Origin: Waterburya sp.
GTDB taxonomy: Bacteria > Cyanobacteriota > Cyanobacteriia > Cyanobacteriales > Xenococcaceae
DNA: 64,000 nucleotides
Assembly (NCBI GenBank): GCA_965217895.1
Contig: CBDCJV010000002.1
Location: 4,448,001 to 4,512,000 of the forward strand
Reading direction: 5' to 3'
The notes below the pieces were generated by a model. The model did no database searches. It saw only the letters and a program-made list of their open reading frames with translations, and had not been told where the DNA came from. The position numbers and the translations under genes were made by a program. Below, one piece after another: positions 50,154 through 60,025 of the stretch (positions are counted from its first letter, which is position 1; every line of letters begins with the position of its first letter).

Positions 50154-52736
50154 TTACAATCTCGGATCGACAGGTTCGCTTTCTAAAGCTAATACTCCAA
50201 AAACACATTCATGAACCTGCCTCAACGGTGCCTTAGAAACAAAACCTTCTAAAGCTTCAATCCCCAATGCAAATTCTCTCAATGCCAGCGATCGCTTCTT
50301 TGATAACCCCCTTTGCTTTAAAGATGTTAAATTTTCTGGTAGTGAATATTCCAAACCGTAGATAATTCTCAGATATTCCGCACCGCGACACTTGACCGCA
50401 GGCTGAACCAACTTGTTACCGTTGCGAGTAATAAAGTTTATCGGCTTAACTACCATACCTTCCCCACCAGCAAGTGTCAGTTCTTGCCACCACTTAATAC
50501 CCCCTCGGCATTCGGCTTCGTTGTTGAGATCGATAGCTTTGTAGTTAGTTGCTAATAATATTTCCGAATCACCCTCAGAGATCTCCGCAATTTGTTCCAG
50601 ATGCCAGATATGAGTTTTATCGGTATGAACCTTGCCTTCGGTTGCCAAAATATGGAACGGTGCTAATTTGAGATCCTCGATCTTATTTACCGACCAACAG
50701 TATTGACGATAGGCATTAACATACTTCTCTGCTAAATCTTGTTTCTGTTGATACTGAGATAATAGAGAACCAACATCGATACCTCTATTACTTGCCTGTT
50801 GCAAACAGTCAACCGTCGCACTCAATCCTTGGTTAGCTGCTACTCCTACAGGAACGTACTGCTGCTTGAGTAGTTCCCGTGCCTTTGCCGACCAGGGCAT
50901 CAATTCGCAGTCGAGACAAACCCAATCTGTATCTAAATTGTTCCAGAAGTTGCTGTCAGTCAGAGCCGTATTGAGGCGAGTTAGTAATGCGCTTTCTAGT
51001 GCTTCGCGAGCGAAAAAGCGTCTACCCGTTCGGGTGTAGCAAATCCCAAAACTACTATCTTCAAGACCGAATCTTTTAGCAGCAGCTTGAGAATCTCGAC
51101 AAACAATAACTACAGCGCGAGAACCCATGTGCTTTTCTTCACAAATAACCGTTTCAACTCCCTGTTTTCGGTAATAGTCAAAAGCTTCTATGGGATGTTC
51201 CAACAAGTTAGGTAATTTAGAAGTTGCTACGGGAGACATGGTAGGTGGTAGATAGATCAGCCACTTGGGATTGACCGCAAAGCGACTCATCACTTCTAAA
51301 GCAGCAGTTGCTTGTGATTCTCGGATGGTAATCTGGCGGTTGAGTTTGGTAGCAATAAAACGCTTGCCCGTAACATCGGCAATATCTAACACATCGTCTT
51401 GCTTTTGTTGGAGGCTGAAATTATTGGTTTCGGCATCTAAAGGCTTGATGGGTTGGCAGTAAACCCTAGCTGCTTCGACGCTAACTGACTCTCGTTCGGA
51501 ATAGCGCAGGGCGGTTAATTTACCGCCAAAGACACAGCCCGTATCAATATCGACAGTGTTATTTAGCCATTGCGCCTCGACTACAGGAACGTGTCCGTAA
51601 ACTACCAGACTGTTTCCTCGATATTCTGATGCCCATTCATAGCGTACTGGCAATCCAAAGCTGTCTATTTCTCCTGTAGTTTCGCCATAGAGAGCAAAAT
51701 TACGAACGTAAGCCGAACCTCTACCCTGTAATTCTTCTCGCAGTCCTGCATGAGCCACTACTAAGCGTCCTTCATCTAAAACATAGTGACTGATTAGAGA
51801 ACGTAGAAAAGTTTGAATCTCTTCGGTTGCTGCCTGATGCTGTTTTAGAGGCATGGCTTCGATCTCGGCTAAGGTATTTTCCAAACCATGATTGATTTTT
51901 ACTTTCTTGCCATTGAGCTTTCGCATTAATTTGTTTTCGTGATTGCCCAGAATACAAAGTGCAGAATCTGCAACCATCATGTTGTGTACCAGCTTGAGGG
52001 TATCTAGAACGCGAGAGCCTCGATCTACTAAATCTCCAAGGAATAGGGCTTTGCGACCTTGGGGGTGGGTATAGGTAGGAAACTGCCAGAAGGGGTGAGT
52101 TATGGCGTTACTTTCATTAGCAACATAACCAAGTTCGCCTAATAACTTTTCCAACTCATCACAACAACCGTGAACGTCTCCGATGATATCGAAAGGACCA
52201 TACTCGTGTTTGCGGTTAGTCCACATCAACTGTCGTTCCACTTCAACAGTATCGATTTCTGCTTCTGAAGAGAGAGTATAGATAAAGCGAAAGCCTTCTC
52301 GTTTGAGGTTGCGGAGCGATCGCTTCAAACTGTTAACCTGATTGCGAACTACATGACTACCAAACTGGCGATCTGGTCTTTGTCGATTGCGCTGCTGACA
52401 AATAGACTCAGGCGCGTCTAAAACTATGGCAACGGCAAAACAATGATACTGTTTGGCTAGCTTTAATAATGGTTTGCGGCTTTCGGGTTGGACGTTAGTA
52501 GCATCGATAACCGTCAGTCTTCCTGCTGCCAAGCGTTTGGCTAAAATGTAGTGCAATACGTCAAAGGCATCTTTAGTAGCAGCTTGGTCGGTTTCGTCGT
52601 CGGAGACTACACCGCGAAAATAGTCTGATGAGAGTATTTCTGTCTCTTTAAAATGGGTGCGAGCAAAGGTAGACTTACCAGAACCCGATGCGCCAATTAA
52701 GACGATTAACGATAGTTCGGGAAAGGTTAGTTTCAT
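50154..52736 (-). CDS. pnkp: Polynucleotide kinase-phosphatase-ligase (bacterial Pnkp)
   Basis: GASGSGKS kinase; GDVHG, GDLVDRG and GNHE phosphatase; EEKHMGSR ligase motif. Confidence 0.95.
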   Translation of the reverse strand: MKLTFPELSLIVLIGASGSGKSTFARTHFKETEILSSDYFRGVVSDDETDQAATKDAFDVLHYILAKRLAAGRLTVIDATNVQPESRKPLLKLAKQYHCFAVAIVLDAPESICQQRNRQRPDRQFGSHVVRNQVNSLKRSLRNLKREGFRFIYTLSSEAEIDTVEVERQLMWTNRKHEYGPFDIIGDVHGCCDELEKLLGELGYVANESNAITHPFWQFPTYTHPQGRKALFLGDLVDRGSRVLDTLKLVHNMMVADSALCILGNHENKLMRKLNGKKVKINHGLENTLAEIEAMPLKQHQAATEEIQTFLRSLISHYVLDEGRLVVAHAGLREELQGRGSAYVRNFALYGETTGEIDSFGLPVRYEWASEYRGNSLVVYGHVPVVEAQWLNNTVDIDTGCVFGGKLTALRYSERESVSVEAARVYCQPIKPLDAETNNFSLQQKQDDVLDIADVTGKRFIATKLNRQITIRESQATAALEVMSRFAVNPKWLIYLPPTMSPVATSKLPNLLEHPIEAFDYYRKQGVETVICEEKHMGSRAVVIVCRDSQAAAKRFGLEDSSFGICYTRTGRRFFAREALESALLTRLNTALTDSNFWNNLDTDWVCLDCELMPWSAKARELLKQQYVPVGVAANQGLSATVDCLQQASNRGIDVGSLLSQYQQKQDLAEKYVNAYRQYCWSVNKIEDLKLAPFHILATEGKVHTDKTHIWHLEQIAEISEGDSEILLATNYKAIDLNNEAECRGGIKWWQELTLAGGEGMVVKPINFITRNGNKLVQPAVKCRGAEYLRIIYGLEYSLPENLTSLKQRGLSKKRSLALREFALGIEALEGFVSKAPLRQVHECVFGVLALESEPVDPRL

Positions 52737-54187
52737 CTGACAAACACCCCCATACTAGTCGGCGCACCTACTTCTGGATCGACATCTCCAATACCGCTCA
52801 ACTCGACCTGGTAGTCAAACTTTTGAGCGACACGATTTGCCCAATCTTGAAACTCCTGTCGCGTCCATTCAAAGCGATGATCGCGGTGGCGTAGCTTACC
52901 TTCGACTAGAGTAAAACGGACATTGTATTCGATATTGGGTGTGGTCACAATAACTAATTTGGGTCGGGCAAATTCAAACAAGACTCTTTCTAAAGTAGCA
53001 AGGCGGTCTAAGTCGAGATGTTCGACTACTTCTATTAGTGTAGCTGCGTCGTAACCCGTAAAACGGCGATCGCGATAAACCAGCGACCCTTGAATTAGTT
53101 GAATCTTTCCCTGCTGATGTATCGGTAGTTCGTCGAGTCTTAACCTTTTGCTAGCTATTTCTAAAGCGCGATAGGAGACATCTACCCCCGTAATCTGTTT
53201 AATATTTGGTTCTTTGAGCAAATACTGTAACAGTTTGCCTTCACCACAACCGAGGTCGATAACCCGCTTTACGTTGTAATTTTTCAAGGTAGCGGTAACT
53301 GTTCCTAATCGCTGTTGGTTGAGCGTGGGATAGGCACAAAGGACTTGTCCGCATGTACTTGTTTCCGCATCTAGAACCACGCTGTTGAGACTAATTGGTT
53401 TTTCGAGTGCTGTTTCTTGACGCTCGTCTTCCGTATCTGTTACCTCAACATCTTTACCGTCTTCTTCGGTTAACCTTTCTAAAGCAATTCGAGTTAGTAG
53501 TTTTCTGCGTTTGAGATATCGCTGGGTAATTTTATCTCGAATGGGATGATCGTTGAGCCAGCTTTTTCCATATCGCAGTAGTTTTTCGATTTCTGCTTCA
53601 CCTACCCAGTAGTGCTTATCCTCATCTAATACGGGAATTAAAACGTAAAGATGACTAAGTAAGTCGCTAAGTCTGACTGTATTAGTCAGAGTCGCGTCGA
53701 TATAAATGCTGTTAGAGTCTTCGGTATATGTTTCGTCGCCAGGTATTACTCGTCCTTCTACTTGATATCCCAAAGGCTCGAATAGTTGACGTAGAAAATT
53801 ATAACCACCAAGACAGGGCAAAACGGGTATATGTACGGTTAAGGGAATAGGCTGAGATACCAATTCTGGTAAGTTTTTACAGCGTCCTGCTAGTGCCGTG
53901 CGATAAACTTCGGCGATCGCCACACTGAGAAACGAAGATGCAACATAGGGGCGATCGTTAACGTAATGAGCTAGTGTTTGAGCTTGCCATGATTTGTTCC
54001 GAACTAATTCTACGGGATTAATGTCTAGAAGCAAGGCAGTGGTGCAGCGTTCTACGGTTGCCTCTGGATAGAATACATGTGCTTTACCAAACGATAGGGA
54101 AAAGGTCTGGCATTTATCGGGATGTTTGTGGAGTAAGTAACCCAAGTCTGTAGCGGGTTGATGGGTAGTAGTGATAGTCAACAGCAT
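52733..54187 (-). CDS. hen1: 3'-terminal RNA 2'-O-methyltransferase Hen1
   Basis: ATDLGYLLHKHP, DLGCGEG, EVVEH and RHRDHRFEW motifs; ATGA overlap with pnkp. Confidence 0.95.
   Translation of the reverse strand: MLLTITTTHQPATDLGYLLHKHPDKCQTFSLSFGKAHVFYPEATVERCTTALLLDINPVELVRNKSWQAQTLAHYVNDRPYVASSFLSVAIAEVYRTALAGRCKNLPELVSQPIPLTVHIPVLPCLGGYNFLRQLFEPLGYQVEGRVIPGDETYTEDSNSIYIDATLTNTVRLSDLLSHLYVLIPVLDEDKHYWVGEAEIEKLLRYGKSWLNDHPIRDKITQRYLKRRKLLTRIALERLTEEDGKDVEVTDTEDERQETALEKPISLNSVVLDAETSTCGQVLCAYPTLNQQRLGTVTATLKNYNVKRVIDLGCGEGKLLQYLLKEPNIKQITGVDVSYRALEIASKRLRLDELPIHQQGKIQLIQGSLVYRDRRFTGYDAATLIEVVEHLDLDRLATLERVLFEFARPKLVIVTTPNIEYNVRFTLVEGKLRHRDHRFEWTRQEFQDWANRVAQKFDYQVELSGIGDVDPEVGAPTSMGVFVR
53322..53383. 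repeat. In-frame small repeat insertion in hen1
   Basis: AGCGTGG...CCACGCT inverted ends flanked by GTTG direct repeats; 62+4=66 bp. Confidence 0.75.
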
Positions 54188-54249
54188 TTTAGTTATCTAT
54201 AAGGTATTGAAGTTCTTGCTTTGGGTTTAGGTAACAATACATTTCTCTT

Positions 54250-55641
54250 TCAGATCTCTACTAATGACGACTCGATATTTCTTTCCTGTTCGTCAGTTAG
54301 ATAATCTCGTTCGACATCAATAACTGATAGCGGTACATCTTCATTAATCTCTCTCAAAGAAGAATAAATATCCCATCTTTTGTCCTCCGATAAACCCCAA
54401 ACTACCAAAGTAATCTCCGACCAGTATGACAGCGGTTCGGGCTTAGTCAAATCGCCAATTACACCAATCCTACTAGGAGCAAAGCTTTCTCTGATAATTG
54501 CAGCAACCTCCCGTGCTTTTTGCCACCACTCGGTTTTACGCTGCTCATCTAGTCGTTCTAAATTCAATCTATTGAATAAAGCATCGCACCACACGGTAGG
54601 CGGTAACACCTTAATACTACTGGTCAAACCAAAAGTCATCAGCAGCATTCCGATGAGATTGCGAATGCCTGTTTTGCCACCAATATCTGGTTTGCCCTCG
54701 AAGAATTCAAATTTGGCTTCGGGACTCCAGCAAATATACTGCTCGAAACTAATAGGAGTAGGTTTTAACTGTATCTCAGGCTGAAACGGCAGTTCTCCCC
54801 AACCCAATCCATTCTCAGGGAAATGTATCTTGGAGCTGTCAGAACTCGGAGCAACTTCTAAGCGAAATAACTCTAGGTCGAATCTTGCTTCTTGCCAGAG
54901 TCGGTAAGTCAAGAATACTAAACCAGGTATGTTAGAAGGTCGGTAGCATCCGTCGAGTTCTAGCTGCTGCTGGTGAAACTTACCATCCAGGTTATGCCAA
55001 AATTCGATTTGTTCGTTTTGAGGATCGATTATCCAGTATTCTTTTACTTCACCCGCCTGATAGTAATCTTTTTTAGCTACCTTATCGGCATAGCTATGAC
55101 CAGGGAGAATCACTTCTATAACCAAATCGGCAGCGCCATCTAAATAGTAGGCTTTTAGCTGGTGTAAATGTTCGCGAGCGATAAATACGAGATCGGGAGT
55201 AAAGCCATTATCGCCGAGGCGCATCACAAAATCACGACCTAGAACCGTTCCTCCTAGAGATTCACCAATCTGCCAAAGTGCTGTAGTTAGCTTCTGCTGT
55301 AGCGAGTTATGGTCGTAGTTATTTTTGCCGTAACCCGCTGTCAAATCTTCTGCTCGGTATTCTATAGATATAGCGATCGCTTTTAAGTCGAGTAAAGTGC
55401 TACGTAGATCGTCTTCATTAATTTCTAATTGATCGAGTTCCATGCTGGCTGCTAAAGCTTTAATCCAGAGAGATATTGGAGCTAGAGCTACTGCTGCTTC
55501 TGCTCCCCAACCTTGAAGAACCTGTCGTAACAATAGACGACTGCCAACTATGGTGTTGCCGACAATCAGCTTGCCCTCGATGAGTTCTAGTTTACCTTCA
55601 GTGCCTCGGCGACAGAAATCGTTGAATAACTCAGAGTTCAT
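54250..55641 (-). CDS. Uma2 (DUF820) endonuclease-like protein with C-terminal degenerate nucleotidyltransferase-like domain
   Basis: PDLVFI..DLVIEVI..K..YY..GEVKEYWIIDP (Uma2); RIGVIGDL...SEITLVV resembles the MNT GS/DxD region. Confidence 0.75.
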   Translation of the reverse strand: MNSELFNDFCRRGTEGKLELIEGKLIVGNTIVGSRLLLRQVLQGWGAEAAVALAPISLWIKALAASMELDQLEINEDDLRSTLLDLKAIAISIEYRAEDLTAGYGKNNYDHNSLQQKLTTALWQIGESLGGTVLGRDFVMRLGDNGFTPDLVFIAREHLHQLKAYYLDGAADLVIEVILPGHSYADKVAKKDYYQAGEVKEYWIIDPQNEQIEFWHNLDGKFHQQQLELDGCYRPSNIPGLVFLTYRLWQEARFDLELFRLEVAPSSDSSKIHFPENGLGWGELPFQPEIQLKPTPISFEQYICWSPEAKFEFFEGKPDIGGKTGIRNLIGMLLMTFGLTSSIKVLPPTVWCDALFNRLNLERLDEQRKTEWWQKAREVAAIIRESFAPSRIGVIGDLTKPEPLSYWSEITLVVWGLSEDKRWDIYSSLREINEDVPLSVIDVERDYLTDEQERNIESSLVEI

Positions 55642-55668
55642 TTTTCGTATAGAGCCTGGGAAAATAAG

Positions 55669-56340
55669 TTATGAGTCGAGTTTTAGTTCGAGCTTGGTAG
55701 CTAACTGTCTTAAACTCTGTGCGATCGCGCTTTGTTTGGTATCGGCATAGGTCGATATAGGTCGAACCAAATCGATTCCGCTAATACTACAAGCCCAACG
55801 TCCATTTTCTTGCGGCAAAGCTGTGACCCGAATGGCTTCGTCAAAGAGGTCTACACTTTCTATTGCATAACTGCGACTGCTCTCAACACAATTAAACAAA
55901 TTGCTTTGCGGAAGAGTTTCGATTAGATGCGAGCGAAATGCTTCTGTGTCTACTGCTAAGTCTTGTAATAATTTAACAGCCACACCTTCACCTAAGTCTA
56001 AAATTCCCAGCATCAAATGTTCTGGCGCGATTATCGCATTGTTTTGGGTATAGTCGTCAGCCAAAGCAAAAATTCTTCTAACATTTGGAGTAAAGGGGAT
56101 TTCTGAAGCTACGAATCCCGCTCCTCTACCAATACGTGTCTCAATTCTCTCTTTCAAAACATCTGTGGTCAGAGCAACCGATGAGATATATATTGAGGCT
56201 TGATTGGTTTCTTCCTCTGAAATTCCCAACAGTAGTTGTTCGCTGCCAACGAAATTGTGTCCGAGACGACGAGACTCGATGTTTGACAGACTTATTACCT
56301 TGAGAGCTGCGACACTGAATTTGGCTTTAATCTCTCTCAT
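55669..56340 (-). CDS. Clp N-terminal-domain protein with possible HicB-like C-terminus
   Basis: ESRRLGHNFVGSEQLLLGI, PFTP and PEHLMLGIL; no AAA+ domain. Confidence 0.8.
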   Translation of the reverse strand: MREIKAKFSVAALKVISLSNIESRRLGHNFVGSEQLLLGISEEETNQASIYISSVALTTDVLKERIETRIGRGAGFVASEIPFTPNVRRIFALADDYTQNNAIIAPEHLMLGILDLGEGVAVKLLQDLAVDTEAFRSHLIETLPQSNLFNCVESSRSYAIESVDLFDEAIRVTALPQENGRWACSISGIDLVRPISTYADTKQSAIAQSLRQLATKLELKLDS

Positions 56341-56669
56341 CGGACTATATAAAAACTATTCTAATTAAGATTTTGGTAAAGGTTGAGTAAAATTCTTTGC
56401 TGTTTGAATTTTACATCAAACACAGTTGCTCTCTTTGATTGGATCTAACTGTTGAATGACCGACCAGTATAATTTCATCCTGCTTCTCCTAAAATCATTG
56501 CTTTTCTCAATTGAAAACAGTTTACCCAAAAAAGATTGGCGTAGCGAGTTTTTCAGCAGCATATCAGCAATTTACTAACGCGACTAAATATCTCATTGAA
56601 GTTATTATACGAATGTACTATTGATATCAGCAATCTGCAATTTTAAACGCTTTAATTAGTCAATTAGAA

Positions 56670-56810
56670 TTCACTTTCAAACAGAACACCATCTCGCCGT
56701 AGATCGTGTTCAAAATCTCTGCGCTGGGAAAAATATAGGTTAGTTTGAATATCTTTGAAAAATAACCTTGTTTTCTAACCCTGGTAACTGCCGGCTCTAA
56801 TGCTACGAGT
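56670..56810 (+). ncRNA. Second, truncated V-K tracrRNA-like sequence (5' half only)
   Basis: CTCTGCGCTGGGAAAAATATAGGTTAGTTTG and TTTCTAACCCTGGTAA parallel CTCTGCACCGCCGAAAAATAGGGTTAGTTTG and TTTCTGACCCTGGTAG of the main tracrRNA. Confidence 0.7.
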
Positions 56811-56855
56811 AGTTAAATTAGTAGGAATACTGAAAAAACTTTTTTAGCAATAAAC

Positions 56856-57383
56856 TTAATTGTTTATTTTATTTTGATGTCTAGCCATTTTCCTAAACTG
56901 CAAACCACAATGCTGACATTCGCCGATTTCCCACTGAGAAGGAATCAAAAAAGCAGTACCGCAGTTAATACATTTAGCTAAAAAACGAACGTTGTGGAGA
57001 TCGCATCCTCTTTTATCTTTAAACTGCCATTCAATTCGGTGATGGGGTTTTTCTTGATAACAAGCAGCACACAACAAAGTGGGCTTGCATTTCATCGTAA
57101 CTCCCTTTGGTGGAAACATTAGTCTCAGGCGATCGACATCCACCATTACTATCTCAGCCAAAGCTGCTAACTCTTGCTGAGTAGGAAAGGGATTGAAATA
57201 GAACTTTTCCCATCTTGCCAAAACCGCACCTAAACCTACTACCTCTCCCAAACCGCTAGCAGCAGAGAATCTATTACCCTTAGCCCGTCGAAAGCGGCCT
57301 AAAAAATGACTAATGCTTTCTCCTTCCAATGGTTCAACTTTGGTTAGCCAATAGTGATTATTTTCTCTTACTTTTTCTTTCAT
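56856..57383 (-). CDS. tniQ: TniQ
   Basis: PLEGESISHFLGRFRR, CAACY, CDLH, CINC and CQHC motifs. Confidence 0.95.
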   Translation of the reverse strand: MKEKVRENNHYWLTKVEPLEGESISHFLGRFRRAKGNRFSAASGLGEVVGLGAVLARWEKFYFNPFPTQQELAALAEIVMVDVDRLRLMFPPKGVTMKCKPTLLCAACYQEKPHHRIEWQFKDKRGCDLHNVRFLAKCINCGTAFLIPSQWEIGECQHCGLQFRKMARHQNKINN

Positions 57384-58224
57384 AAGACCATTTGGTTGAA
57401 GATATTACTTGCTTCAAAATTTCAAGATCGACTTTCTGATGACCCTGACGTAAAGATCTAATGGCAGCTTTACGCAAAACCATGTCTAATCTACCAACTA
57501 ATTTTTTCGTAGCTATTTTTAAATCACTAAATAATTTCCCTTTAGTAAGATTAGAGGGTTCGGGTAGCTGCAAAACATCTCTTTCCCAGATCGCTACCAT
57601 TTGTTTAAATTCCTTATCATCGAGGCGATCTAGTTCGTATTCTTCTAAGAAGCGATTCTCAACTTGCTCGTCGCGTTTAATTACTGCGTGCAAACGGTTT
57701 GTCGTACCTACCAGCAATACTGCTAAATTTAGCTCATCTTCATCGTAAACGTGTCTAAGATCGGAGAAGGTTTTTTGTTCGAGGTGGTTGGCTTCATCTA
57801 CAATCAACATTTCAACTTGATGAATTGCTAAGGCATCCAAAGTTCTTTCTCTAAGATCGGAAACATTTCCATTGGTGGGCTTATTCAATGCTTTGAGAAT
57901 TTTGATAAAAAATTCCCTAGAACCACAACTTACGGGAATTTGAATATAAACCACGGGTTTTATTCTTTTACCTTTGCCAGACTTAAATTTATTGTATCTT
58001 TCAGCAAAAGACTTGCAAGTCACTGTTTTACCCGAACGAGATTCACCCACCAAAAGTCCTGTACTCTTGGACATTAACAATTCATACATCCAGCTATGAC
58101 AATTTTTAACTCGCTTTAATTCAAGATAGGGTTGACGACTTAAGCGTTCTATTTCTGCTTGAATTTCGGCAGAAGGTGGTTCAAAGTCACCAAATTGATT
58201 AGCAATAGTTTGAGTGTTGGTCAT
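57358..58224 (-). CDS. tnsC: TnsC AAA+ ATPase
   Basis: GESRSGKT Walker A; IVDEA Walker B; RDEQVENRF. Confidence 0.95.
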   Translation of the reverse strand: MTNTQTIANQFGDFEPPSAEIQAEIERLSRQPYLELKRVKNCHSWMYELLMSKSTGLLVGESRSGKTVTCKSFAERYNKFKSGKGKRIKPVVYIQIPVSCGSREFFIKILKALNKPTNGNVSDLRERTLDALAIHQVEMLIVDEANHLEQKTFSDLRHVYDEDELNLAVLLVGTTNRLHAVIKRDEQVENRFLEEYELDRLDDKEFKQMVAIWERDVLQLPEPSNLTKGKLFSDLKIATKKLVGRLDMVLRKAAIRSLRQGHQKVDLEILKQVISSTKWSYERKSKRK

Positions 58225-58237
58225 TATTTCAGTTCAT

Positions 58238-59941
58238 TTAATCTTCTTCAAATAAATCGTCCATATATTGGACTTTTAATGGAGGTGGTAGTTCTAGTTC
58301 TTCATCGTTTACCTCCAAGTCCGTTACTTCTGGCTCGGCTATGTCTAGCTTCTCAACCAATGATTTAACAGGGTTTACAGTCTGATGGGCATTCTGGCGG
58401 CGTTGTTGAAGATTGCGAGCAGCAGTTTCTTCTACAAATTCTTCTCGATCTAACATTGCCAAAATAGCTTGATTATTAATTTCCTCACTTTCATCGCGAA
58501 GAGCTTGCTTAATAGCTCGAAGATGCCTGAGAGATAATGTCCTATCTTCAATCCCCTGCGCGTGAGCATAATCGAGAAACTGTTCTGTGGAGTCAGGAAG
58601 ATGTTCGTAAACTAGAATTGTCGTAATGTCTTGAGGATCGTAGCGTATGGAGATAATTTCTCCAGCCATGCTTTTCAAGTGTTCTGACTTGTATACTAAG
58701 CTTTCAAAATTAATCGTTCCATACTTTTGAACTTTTCGCCTTTCCTGTTTCATTAAAGCAATATCTAATTCTCGCTCATCAAAAAGATAAGGATCGAATA
58801 ATAGCCCTGCCTCCCAACGCTCCATTCGACTCTGGTTTTGGCTGCGAGCATCGGTTTTCTGGTTGTATTCGTCAACTATGTAGCGCACTAAAATTTGTTC
58901 TAAGTCTTCGATTGTCAGCAGAGCATTTTTATCTACATCTTTTGGTCTTTCTTGAACGTTTCTACCCGTATATCCTGGTAGTTCGCGCAAAACGCGATCG
59001 TTCAAACTACGAAAGAATCGCTCTACAATTCCACCGTCTGATGGTCTTCTTCTTAAAGCACCACTAAATTCTAGTTCTACCGCTACTTGTTCTGTTATGT
59101 GAATCGAACGAAAGTCTTTTCCGCCGTCGGTGTAGAAGTAGTTGGGTTTACCATAGCTAGTCCACTCGTTTTTTAGTTGATACTCCGAACTATAGTGTTT
59201 GGGAAAGATAGCGTGACGTAAAGCCAAAGCATCAATGTTAGAACTAGGCGCATCAAATCCTAGATAAAATCCCATCGGACAACGCGAATAGGAATCAATG
59301 ATAATTGTCAACCAAGGGCGATCCAATACTCCGTATTCATCTACCAATCTAACGTCCAATCTAGTATGGTCGCATTGCCAAACATCATTACTGCATTCTA
59401 CTTCTAACTCTCTACCGTCACGAGCCATGTGGGTTAATCTAGAGCCAGTATATCCAGCACTACGGGCTTTGAGTTTTTTCTGTTTTTCTTCTATAAAGCG
59501 ATCTAAGATGCGATAGACAGTCTGATGAGAAGGATATTCTTTTTTCTTCAATCCTTGTTGCAAAGCTCGCCCTTTAACTTTGAGAAATACTTGATGGCGA
59601 GTAATTCTTCTACCGTCTTTGTTGCCTTGTTTATAGGTTTCTAGAATAAAGTCTTCCCAATCTTCTCCAATACGATAATGACCTTTATCAGAACGGGTTT
59701 TGGTTAATCCCACTAATCCTTGCTCGCGATACTTCTTCAGCAGTCTTTCTACAGAGCGAATTGATATCCCTAATTTCTTTGCTGCTGCTTTTTTTCTCTT
59801 GCTGTAGGTAGCGCGATCGCATGGTTCAGTCAAACTTTGAATTATCTCCATCTTTAACCTAACGTCATCGGTTATTAAATCGTCAGATGGCAATCGATTT
59901 TTATTATTAGAGTGTGTATCTTCAGAGTTTTTGGTTAACAT
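58238..59941 (-). CDS. tnsB: TnsB DDE transposase
   Basis: WQCDHT, YTDGGKDF and GGIVERFF give an intact DDE triad. Confidence 0.96.
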   Translation of the reverse strand: MLTKNSEDTHSNNKNRLPSDDLITDDVRLKMEIIQSLTEPCDRATYSKRKKAAAKKLGISIRSVERLLKKYREQGLVGLTKTRSDKGHYRIGEDWEDFILETYKQGNKDGRRITRHQVFLKVKGRALQQGLKKKEYPSHQTVYRILDRFIEEKQKKLKARSAGYTGSRLTHMARDGRELEVECSNDVWQCDHTRLDVRLVDEYGVLDRPWLTIIIDSYSRCPMGFYLGFDAPSSNIDALALRHAIFPKHYSSEYQLKNEWTSYGKPNYFYTDGGKDFRSIHITEQVAVELEFSGALRRRPSDGGIVERFFRSLNDRVLRELPGYTGRNVQERPKDVDKNALLTIEDLEQILVRYIVDEYNQKTDARSQNQSRMERWEAGLLFDPYLFDERELDIALMKQERRKVQKYGTINFESLVYKSEHLKSMAGEIISIRYDPQDITTILVYEHLPDSTEQFLDYAHAQGIEDRTLSLRHLRAIKQALRDESEEINNQAILAMLDREEFVEETAARNLQQRRQNAHQTVNPVKSLVEKLDIAEPEVTDLEVNDEELELPPPLKVQYMDDLFEED

Positions 59942-60025
59942 GACCAGTACTGAAATTAATTGAATTAGAAATCAATTAATTCAAAATTACTATTTTGTTC
60001 AAATAGTACCAAAATTTTATCAAAT

